The notes beneath the pieces were generated by a model. The model saw only the letters and a list, made by a program, of their open reading frames with translations, had not been told where the DNA came from and did no database searches. DNA of 64,000 nt from an uncultured Holophaga sp. (GTDB lineage Bacteria; Acidobacteriota; Holophagae; Holophagales; Holophagaceae): contig OY761614.1 in the NCBI GenBank assembly GCA_963664825.1, positions 2,880,001 to 2,944,000 on the forward strand, given 5' to 3'. Position numbers and translations under genes: made by a program. This document shows positions 56,798 to 64,000 of this stretch, piece after piece (position 1 is the stretch's first letter; each line of letters opens with the position of its first letter).

Positions 56798-58621
56798 TCA
56801 CTTCTCGAAGGCATTGATCTGGTCGACGAGGGTCTGGGCGTGGAGGGGCGTGCTGTCGTAATGCCTCAGCTTCCGGATCTTTTGCGAGAGCTCGGGGAAG
56901 AATTCCCTCAGGAGATTGGCCATCTGGCCGTCGCGGTTCTGGTCCACCACGTAGACCACCTCCATGCGTTCCAGGAAGGTTTCGATCTCCTGGGTGAAGG
57001 GCAGGGCGCAGATGCGCAGGTAGTCCGCCGACTTGCCATGGGCTTCTGCGAGGATATCCAGGGCCTCCTGGACGGCGGGGTCGCTGGATCCGTACGCCAG
57101 GATGCCCCGCTTGGAATGGGCGCTGCGTAGGATCGGCGCGGGCACAAAGGCTCTCGCCGTATCGAACTTCCGACGCAGGCGGTCCAGGTTGGACTTCCAA
57201 TCGGCGGGCTTTTCCGAATAGAGGGCGTGACCGTTGTGGCCTGTGCCCCGGGTGAGATAGGCGCCCTTTCCCCCCGGCGTGCCCGGCAGGGTGCGCCAGC
57301 AGATGCCATCACCATCCACGTCCTGGTAACGTCCCCAGTCCTGGACTTCCTGGAGTTCGGCTTCGCTCAGCACCTTCCCCCGATCGAATTTCGCCTCCGG
57401 GTAGGTGAAGGGGCGCGAGGCCCAGTTCTGCATCCCCAGATCGAGATCGGTGACGACGAAGACCGGCGTCTGGAAACGCTCCGCCAGATCGAAGGCCTCG
57501 TAGGTGAAGCGGAAGCACTCCTCCATGTTCCCCGGGTAGAGGCAGATGTGGTAGGTGTCTCCGTGGCTGGCCTTGGCGCAGAGCTCGATATCGCCCTGGC
57601 TGGTGCGGGTGGGCAGGCCGGTGGAGGGGCCCATGCGCGTCACATCGATGAAGACGCTGGGGCATTCGGCGAAGTAGCCCAGGCCAATGCATTCCGACAT
57701 CAGGGAGAGGCCGGGCCCCGAGGTGGCGGTCATGGCGCGGGCCCCCGCCCACCCCGCGCCGATGATGGCCCCGGCGCTGGCGAGTTCGTCTTCCATCTGG
57801 ACGATGGCCACATTCATCTTGCCGGTGGTCGGATCGGTCCGGTACTGCTTCGCATATTCGGCCAGCGTCTCCACGACGCTGGAACTGGGCGTGATGGGAT
57901 ACCAGGCCACCACCGTGACGCCGGCGAACATGGCCCCCAGGGCGCAGGCTTCATTGCCATCGAGGATGATCTGGCCTTGGGTCTGGGTATCCCGGGCGAT
58001 CTTCAGGCGGTCCTGGGCTGGCAGGTGCTGGAGGGCCCAGTCGAAGCCCGCCTTGGCCGCGCCGGCGTTGAGCGCGATGGCCTTCTGCTTGCCCCCGAGC
58101 TGGTGGGCGATGGCCCGCTCCACCTCGTTCATGTCCAGGCCGAGCATCCGCGCCGCGACCCCCACGTAGATCATGTTCTTCACGAGCTTGTGGAGCTTGG
58201 GTTCCGGACAGGAGGCCGTGACCAGCTGCTGGAAGGGGACGGGGAAAAAGACCAGATCCGAGCGCAGGGCATCCAGCCTCAGGGGCTCGTCGAAGAGGCA
58301 CAGGGCGCCCGGCTCCAGCTTGGCCACATCCTCCCGGGCGGTTTCGGCGTTCATGCAGATCAGCAGGTCCACATTCGGCTTGGGGGCCGCGTAGCCTCTG
58401 GGATTGACGCGAATCTGAAACCAGGTGGGCAACCCGGCGATGTTTGACGGGAAGAGGTTCTTCCCGCTAACGGGCACGCCCATCTGGAAAATGGTGCGCA
58501 TCAGCACATTGTTGGCCGTCTGGCTGCCGGATCCGTTGATCGTGGCGATCTCGATGGAAAAATCATTCAACAGGGTTTTCCCATGGGGCATCACCCCTGG
58601 AACCTCGTGGGGGGAAGACAT
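56798..58621 (-). CDS. korA: 2-oxoacid:ferredoxin oxidoreductase alpha subunit
   Basis: YPITPSS, EDELA, TATSGPG, R.GPSTGLPT. Confidence 0.94.
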   Translation of the reverse strand: MSSPHEVPGVMPHGKTLLNDFSIEIATINGSGSQTANNVLMRTIFQMGVPVSGKNLFPSNIAGLPTWFQIRVNPRGYAAPKPNVDLLICMNAETAREDVAKLEPGALCLFDEPLRLDALRSDLVFFPVPFQQLVTASCPEPKLHKLVKNMIYVGVAARMLGLDMNEVERAIAHQLGGKQKAIALNAGAAKAGFDWALQHLPAQDRLKIARDTQTQGQIILDGNEACALGAMFAGVTVVAWYPITPSSSVVETLAEYAKQYRTDPTTGKMNVAIVQMEDELASAGAIIGAGWAGARAMTATSGPGLSLMSECIGLGYFAECPSVFIDVTRMGPSTGLPTRTSQGDIELCAKASHGDTYHICLYPGNMEECFRFTYEAFDLAERFQTPVFVVTDLDLGMQNWASRPFTYPEAKFDRGKVLSEAELQEVQDWGRYQDVDGDGICWRTLPGTPGGKGAYLTRGTGHNGHALYSEKPADWKSNLDRLRRKFDTARAFVPAPILRSAHSKRGILAYGSSDPAVQEALDILAEAHGKSADYLRICALPFTQEIETFLERMEVVYVVDQNRDGQMANLLREFFPELSQKIRKLRHYDSTPLHAQTLVDQINAFEK

Positions 58622-58761
58622 GATTCTCCTTTCGGGCGCAGCGTGAGCTGGAATCCCCAGGGACGTGAGACCTCAGCCATGGAATAAAGTATACCAAACA
58701 GGTAAGGATTTGGGGCTCGTGGGGTTTCGGGTGGCTGGCTAAAAAAAGCGAAAAAAAAGGA

Positions 58762-58790
58762 TTGACCCGTGCACCTCCGTTGCTTAATTT
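58762..58790 (+). promoter_or_regulatory. sigma70-type promoter of lexA
   Basis: TTGACC-17 bp-TAATTT, 7 bp before the ATG. Confidence 0.6.
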
Positions 58791-58797
58791 TGGATGC

Positions 58798-59436
58798 ATG
58801 AAGACCTCGAATCTCACCAAACGCCAGCTCGCCGTCCTCCAGTTCATCCGGAGCTTTCTCCAGGAGGAGGAGCGGAGTCCCACCCTCAAGGAGATCGCCG
58901 ATGGCGTGGGCTCCAGCGCCGTGAGCACGATCCACAAGCATGTCCAGCACCTTACAGAAAAGGGCTTCCTGGATCGCAGCCACGGGGCCGGCAATAACAT
59001 CGTGGTCACCGAGGATGAGGATCTTTCCCTTCCCGTGTCCAGGTATCAGGGCACGGGGCGCATGCTGCCCTTCTGCGGGGATGTGGCGGCGGGCGCGCCT
59101 CTCATCCCCGAGACCCGGGCCATCCCCATTGAAGTGCCCAATGCCATCCACCGGGATCGGGAGGAGCTCTTCGTGCTCCGGGTCCGAGGCGATTCGATGG
59201 TGGAGGATTCCATCCTGGACGGCGATCTGGTCGTGCTCCAGAGGCGCGGGGACTACCGCAACGGGGACCGGGTCGTGGTGCTCATCGATGGCGAGGATGT
59301 CACGCTCAAGGAATTCCGCCGGGATCCCGGAGGAGTCTGGCTCATCCCCCATAATCCCAATCTCGGCCCCCAGTGCTATGCCCCGGACCGGATCCAGGTG
59401 CAGGGCCTGCTCGTGGGCGTGATGCGCAGCTGCTGA
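58798..59436 (+). CDS. lexA: SOS repressor LexA
   Basis: LTKRQ..PTLKEI wHTH, VAAG cleavage site, GDSM serine, TLK lysine. Confidence 0.93.
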   Translation: MKTSNLTKRQLAVLQFIRSFLQEEERSPTLKEIADGVGSSAVSTIHKHVQHLTEKGFLDRSHGAGNNIVVTEDEDLSLPVSRYQGTGRMLPFCGDVAAGAPLIPETRAIPIEVPNAIHRDREELFVLRVRGDSMVEDSILDGDLVVLQRRGDYRNGDRVVVLIDGEDVTLKEFRRDPGGVWLIPHNPNLGPQCYAPDRIQVQGLLVGVMRSC

Positions 59437-59524
59437 ATCCACTCGAGCGGGGATTTCCTGAGATCCCCGCTGGAATGACGCACTTCCCCGCGCTACAATC
59501 CCATGACAACTGGGGAAGCCAAGG

Positions 59525-60691
59525 ATGGTCTTTTTTAACCACGCCACACGCCAAATGACGGCGAAGATCGTTTACTACGGGCCCGGTCTGTGCGGGAAAA
59601 CCACCAATCTGAATACGATCTATGGCAAGACGACCCAGAAGGCCCGGGGTGAGATGGTCTCGTTGAATACCGAGACGGATCGCACGCTCTTCTTCGATCT
59701 GCTCCCCTTGGATATCGGTGTGGTGGGAGGCTTCAAGACCAAGCTGCAGCTCTACACGGTGCCCGGCCAGGTCTTCTACAATTCCACGCGGAAACTCGTG
59801 CTCAAGGGTGTGGATGGCATCGTTTTCGTGGCCGATAGCCAGACGCCCATGCTGGATGCCAATCGAGAGAGCCTGCAGAACCTCGACGATAATCTGCGGG
59901 AACTGGGCCTGGACGTCCGCCAGATCCCCATGGTCTTCCAGTGGAACAAGCGGGATCTGCGCAATGTCGTCCCCATCGATCAGATGGAAACCGAGCTCAA
60001 TCCCCGCAGGCAGCCCAGCTTCCAGGGCATCGCCTCTGATGGGACGGGTGTCTTCGAGACCCTGAGGGGCATCACCAAGCTTGCGCTGGGGCACATCAAG
60101 GTCCATCACTTTCCCGATACGGGTGTGGATGAAGCCCCCGCCCCGCCTCCACCTCCCACCCCTCCTCCCGCGGCAGCCACACCCTCTCGCCCCGAGGTGC
60201 TCACCCTTTCGGATCTCCCTTCCGTGGGCGAATTGCTCGACGAGGCCGCCTCGGCCCCGCCTGCCGCCGCTCCCCATCCGTCTCCGTCTGCGGCTGCGGC
60301 CCCCATCACCATGGCGCCCCCCCGGCTGGCGGCCCCTCGGCTTCACGCCTCTCCCCTGAAGCCTCTCCGGCCCGCGGTGCTGCCCGTGCATCTCTCCCTT
60401 CCCAAGCCTGTGGCGCCCATGATGGTCACCCTGGCGCCGCCGGCGCTGCCTCGGCCCTGGGCCCTGGCGGCCCCCCGGCCTGCCATGGCTGCGATGTTCA
60501 GCGATCTGGCTCCCGCCGGGGCGCTCTCGGCCCTGAAGCTGGAACTGCCTTCCAGCCTGGAGGGCCCCGATCTGGAGATCACCGTCCAGGTGAGGCAGGG
60601 TGGTTATGTGGTGAGTGAAGGCACCCTTCACAAGGCTGTGCCTGGCGCGGGCAGTGTCTCCCGGTTCAGCGTCGAACTCAAGCGGAGCTGA
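59525..60691 (+). CDS. mglA: MglA-family small GTPase with Pro/Ala-rich linker and C-terminal domain
   Basis: YYGPGLCGKTTNL, DRTLFFD, TVPGQVFY, NKRD. Confidence 0.88.
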   Translation: MVFFNHATRQMTAKIVYYGPGLCGKTTNLNTIYGKTTQKARGEMVSLNTETDRTLFFDLLPLDIGVVGGFKTKLQLYTVPGQVFYNSTRKLVLKGVDGIVFVADSQTPMLDANRESLQNLDDNLRELGLDVRQIPMVFQWNKRDLRNVVPIDQMETELNPRRQPSFQGIASDGTGVFETLRGITKLALGHIKVHHFPDTGVDEAPAPPPPPTPPPAAATPSRPEVLTLSDLPSVGELLDEAASAPPAAAPHPSPSAAAAPITMAPPRLAAPRLHASPLKPLRPAVLPVHLSLPKPVAPMMVTLAPPALPRPWALAAPRPAMAAMFSDLAPAGALSALKLELPSSLEGPDLEITVQVRQGGYVVSEGTLHKAVPGAGSVSRFSVELKRS

Positions 60692-60696
60692 TCCCC

Positions 60697-61278
60697 GTGC
60701 ATCGGCCTCTCCTCCTCGTATTCCTGACCTTCACCCTTGGGGCCCAGGCGCCGCCCAGCTGGTGGAAGGCCTTGCCCAATCTGCCTCGCCTGGAATCGAC
60801 CTTCGTCCAGGAATCCGAAAGCGCCGTCTTCGGCAAGCTCCGGAAGGAAGGACGCCTTCAGCTCACGAAGGGCGGCCGCATCCGGGTGGCCTATACGGGC
60901 GGGCTGCTGGTGGTTTCCGATGGGAAGACGGTCATCCAATACGACCCCGGGGCGCGAACGGCCCAGAAACTCGATCTGCGCGTCGTCGCTTCCGAAATGC
61001 CCCTGCTGAACGTGCTGGTGGATCCCCGCGCCTTGGAGCGTGTCTATCGCGCCCAGGTGCAGCCCTCGGGGATCTTGGTGCTGGAACCCCGGAAACCGGG
61101 ACTGCCCAAGGTCGAGCTGGAGGGAAAGGGCGGATTGCTGAAGAAAATCTCCTGGGTGGATGCCACCGGGGCCCGACAGGTGCTGGAGCTGCTGGACCCC
61201 AAGGTGCCGGCCTCCATCCCCGATTCCACCTACAAATTGCGTGTCCCCGCCGGGACCCGCTGGATGGAAGCCCGGTGA
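60697..61278 (+). CDS. LolA-like periplasmic lipoprotein carrier
   Basis: Signal peptide; F.QE, G.L.L..GGR.R..Y, VSDGKT..YDP. Confidence 0.75.
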   Translation: MHRPLLLVFLTFTLGAQAPPSWWKALPNLPRLESTFVQESESAVFGKLRKEGRLQLTKGGRIRVAYTGGLLVVSDGKTVIQYDPGARTAQKLDLRVVASEMPLLNVLVDPRALERVYRAQVQPSGILVLEPRKPGLPKVELEGKGGLLKKISWVDATGARQVLELLDPKVPASIPDSTYKLRVPAGTRWMEAR

Positions 61279-61285
61279 AACGCCT

Positions 61286-61690
61286 TTAGGCCGTGACGCC
61301 CATTTCCCGCTGGATCATGGCGACGACGTCCTCGGTGTTGGTGCCGGGCTGGAAGATTTCCTTGATGCCGATGGCCTTGAGGCCGGGCACATCCTCGTCG
61401 GGGATGATGCCGCCGGCAAATACCAGCACATCGGTGGCGCCCTGGGCCTTCAGCAGGCGCATGATCTCGGGAAAGATCTGGTTGTGGGCGCCGCTGAGGA
61501 TGGAGAGGCCCAGCACCCGCACATCCTCCTGGATGGCGGCGGCGACGATCTGGGAAGGCGTCTGGCGAAGACCCGTGTAGATGACCTCCATGCCCGCATC
61601 CCGCAGCGCGCGCGCCACGACCTTGGCGCCGCGATCGTGGCCGTCCAGGCCGGGCTTGGCGATCAGCACACGGATGGGAGATGTGGACAT
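61286..61690 (-). CDS. Acyl-CoA mutase cobalamin-binding subunit
   Basis: [26 protein letters not shown]. Confidence 0.93.
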   Translation of the reverse strand: MSTSPIRVLIAKPGLDGHDRGAKVVARALRDAGMEVIYTGLRQTPSQIVAAAIQEDVRVLGLSILSGAHNQIFPEIMRLLKAQGATDVLVFAGGIIPDEDVPGLKAIGIKEIFQPGTNTEDVVAMIQREMGVTA

Positions 61691-61743
61691 CGTTGCTCCA
61701 GAAGAGATGAATCAGGGACAGTCTAGCCCGCAGAGCCTGTGTT

Positions 61744-62337
61744 CTACTTCACTTCCTTGGCTTCCTTGATGAGCACGGGCGTCACGGGCACGTTCTTCAT
61801 GTCCCGGACGGTCTTGGTCTTCACGGCCTTGATCCGGTCGATGACCTCCATGCCCTGGATGACCTTGCCGAAGGCGGTGTAGCCATACCCGCTCATGGTC
61901 TTGGCCTTGAAATTGAGGTTCGGATTGTCCTGGACGTTGACGAAGAACTGGGCCGTGGCGCCAAAGGGGTTGTTCTGGGGGAGGGCCATGGCGATGGTGC
62001 CCCGCCTGTGGGTCAGGCCCTTGGCCTTGGCCAGATCGCTCTCGGGGGGGATGGGCGGGTCGGTGGGCTTCTTGGTGAGGTCGGGCAGATGGCCTCCCCC
62101 CTGGACCATGAAGGAGGGCATGACCCGGTGGAAGATGGTGCCGTTGTAGTAGCCCTTCCGCACGTATTTCAGGAAGTTGTCGACGGTTTTCGGCGCGGCC
62201 CCCGGCTCCAATTGGACCGTAAAGGCCCCCATGGAGGTCACGAACTGGACCTTCGGTTTCATGGCGTCGGCTGCGGGTTTGGGGCCAGCGGCCAGCAGGG
62301 GCAAGGCCAGGAACAAGGCAGCGAAGGCTGGGCGCAT
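61744..62337 (-). CDS. ppiA: Periplasmic cyclophilin-type PPIase
   Basis: Signal peptide; AP.TV.NF, FHRV...FMVQGG, AQFFVN, GY.AFG.V. Confidence 0.92.
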   Translation of the reverse strand: MRPAFAALFLALPLLAAGPKPAADAMKPKVQFVTSMGAFTVQLEPGAAPKTVDNFLKYVRKGYYNGTIFHRVMPSFMVQGGGHLPDLTKKPTDPPIPPESDLAKAKGLTHRRGTIAMALPQNNPFGATAQFFVNVQDNPNLNFKAKTMSGYGYTAFGKVIQGMEVIDRIKAVKTKTVRDMKNVPVTPVLIKEAKEVK

Positions 62338-62443
62338 GGGAACTCCGGGGGGATCCCCGATTATCCCCTCGATGCCCAGCCTTTGGAACCGTCTTGGGCG
62401 AGGGTGTCTGCAAACTCCCGTTTCCTGTGGCTAGAATGGAAGC

Positions 62444-62519
62444 GGCCCTATAGCTCAGCGGTCAGAGCTGGCGGCTCATAACCGCTTGGTCCTCGGTTCG
62501 AATCCGGGTGGGGCCACCA
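62444..62519 (+). tRNA. tRNA with CAT anticodon, probably tRNA-Ile2 (lysidine)
   Basis: GGCCCTA acceptor with paired 1-72, GGCGG-CT-CAT-AA-CCGCT; lacks initiator features and resembles Ile2 tRNAs. Confidence 0.88.
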
Positions 62520-62820
62520 AGTTTCATGCTGTGAGGCGCAGGATTCGAACCGAGGATCGCAGGGGCGCGCCGCAAGGATCAGCGAGGGACGCATGCGTCC
62601 CGAGCGGTGCGGCTTTAGCCGCAGATCCGGGCGCAGCCCATGCGCGGCGGGACGGAGGCTTCGAATCCGGGTGGGGCCACCAAGTTTCATGCTGTGAGGC
62701 GCAGGATTCGAACCGAGGATCGCAGGGGCGCGCCGCAAGGATCAGCGAGGGACGCATGCGTCCCGAGCGGTGCGGCTTTAGCCGCAGATCCGGGCGTAGC
62801 CTGCGTTGCGGGATGGAGGT
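62497..62820 (+). repeat. tRNA-linked tandem repeat, 2 units, 163-bp period
   Basis: 62497-62633 identical to 62660-62796; each begins with the last 23 nt of the tRNA. Confidence 0.92.
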
Positions 62821-62868
62821 GATGCTCCTTCCGCCCTTGCCCGGTTAGTCTTGGGTCTAGGAGCCTCC

Positions 62869-63654
62869 ATGCGCCTGCCGCTTTTCCAGATCGATGCCTT
62901 CAGCGATCATCCCTTCGCGGGCAATCCTGCGGCCGTGGTGATCCTGCCCCAGTGGCTTCCGGACGCGCTGATGCAGGCCATCGCGCTGGAGAATAACCTC
63001 CCCGAGACGGCCTTCCTGGTGAAAGAAACGGCGGGTTGGCGTCTCCGCTGGTTCACGCCGGAACTGGAGATGGATCTCTGCGGGCACGCCACCCTGGCCT
63101 CGGCCTTCGTGCTCTTTCACGAATTCCAGGCACCGGGGAAGAGCCTCCACTTCCATTCCCTGAGCGGGCCCTTGAGCGTGGAAAAGGATGGGGAACGTCT
63201 GGTGCTGGACTTCCCCAGCCGCCCGCCTGTTCCCTGCGAGGCGCCTCCCGGGCTCTTCGAGGCCCTGGGCATGTTGCCACGTCCCGTCGCCAAGGCCCGG
63301 GATCACTTCCTGGTTATGGATTCCCAGGCCGAGGTCCAGGCCCTGCGCCCGGATTTTGCCGCTCTCGATCAGGTGGATTCCCCCGGCGTCATCGTGACGG
63401 CCCCGGGCGATGAGATGGATTTCGTGAGCCGCTTCTTCACGCCCCAGGCGGCGATCCCGGAGGATCCCGTGACTGGCAGCGCCCACTGCACCTTGATCCC
63501 CTACTGGGCAGAGCGCCTGGGGAAGTCTCGGCTCTCCGCCCGGCAGATCAGCAGCCGGGGGGGAGACCTGGACTGCGAAATGCGAGGGGACCGGGTGCGG
63601 ATCGGGGGCCGGGCCGTGAAGGTGTTCCAGGGGGAATTCTTCCTGGCGGATTGA
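62869..63654 (+). CDS. PhzF-family isomerase
   Basis: DAF....F.GNPAAV, ETAF, DLCGHATLA, EDPVTGSAH. Confidence 0.93.
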   Translation: MRLPLFQIDAFSDHPFAGNPAAVVILPQWLPDALMQAIALENNLPETAFLVKETAGWRLRWFTPELEMDLCGHATLASAFVLFHEFQAPGKSLHFHSLSGPLSVEKDGERLVLDFPSRPPVPCEAPPGLFEALGMLPRPVAKARDHFLVMDSQAEVQALRPDFAALDQVDSPGVIVTAPGDEMDFVSRFFTPQAAIPEDPVTGSAHCTLIPYWAERLGKSRLSARQISSRGGDLDCEMRGDRVRIGGRAVKVFQGEFFLAD

Positions 63655-63696
63655 AGGGAGGCCTCGCCCCCGCCATGCTAGGAACTCGGAGGATGC

Positions 63697-64000
63697 ATGA
63701 GCCTTCTGCTCGCCGTTGATATCGGCAACACCAATATCGTCCTGGGGGTTTTCGATCTTTCGAAGGGGGCGAAGGCCCCGCTCATCCACTCCTGGCGCCT
63801 GGCCACCAGCCGCGAACGCACCATGGACGAGTACGGCCTCTCCAGCTTCGCCCTCCTGAGGCACTGCGGCATCGAACCCGAGCGGATCGAACACGTGGTG
63901 GTCTCCAGCGTGGTGCCGCCCATGCATCCTGTGCTGGAGGCCTGGGTGAAGGCCTATTTCCATCTGGATCCCTTCTGGATCGAACCGGGCATCAAGACGG
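63697..64000 (+). CDS. coaX: Type III pantothenate kinase, 3' partial
   Basis: LLAVDIGNTNIVLG, WRL.T...RT.DEY, SSVVP; GGAGG RBS. Confidence 0.92.
   Translation, partial: MSLLLAVDIGNTNIVLGVFDLSKGAKAPLIHSWRLATSRERTMDEYGLSSFALLRHCGIEPERIEHVVVSSVVPPMHPVLEAWVKAYFHLDPFWIEPGIKT

Noticed and set aside
60130..60490. Pro/Ala-rich repeats as a DNA repeat element
   Set aside because: In-frame low-complexity linker of the MglA-like protein
62497..62820. CRISPR array or second tRNA
   Set aside because: Only two long identical units with no unique spacers and no cas genes; the second copy has only the last 23 nt of the tRNA

Overview
GC-rich bacterial chromosomal window; gene content and style suggest an anaerobic diderm such as Holophagales/Acidobacteriota (inference only). 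It has three parts. (1) 1-11.3 kb: envelope and housekeeping genes (pgeF, UbiA, DUF116, mlaDFE, glmU, pdxA, an Hfq-like gene, a PilS-like kinase), then tRNA-Gly and tRNA-Cys. (2) A ~21 kb island integrated in tRNA-Cys, bounded by a 49-bp direct repeat (11300-11348 / 32374-32422). Its mobility and defence genes (integrase, hsdR, relaxase, replication initiator, Xer-like recombinase) are broken or scrambled, but it keeps an intact signal-peptide-bearing Rhs toxin with immunity gene and two orphan Rhs-tip/toxin/immunity cassettes. Both orphans are bracketed by the same conserved non-coding upstream motif and downstream tail and lie after a tyrosine recombinase gene, suggesting a recombinase-built toxin cassette array. 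(3) 32.4-64 kb: mostly housekeeping genes (lpxK, uvrC, scpA, korAB, lexA, mglA-like, coaX, tRNA-Ala, tRNA-Ile2 with tandem tRNA-linked repeats), plus a compact ECF transporter-DUF364-XdhC-TonB receptor operon behind a ModE-like box, a candidate Mo/W-cofactor scavenging system. All family assignments are by motif recognition; no database searches were run.
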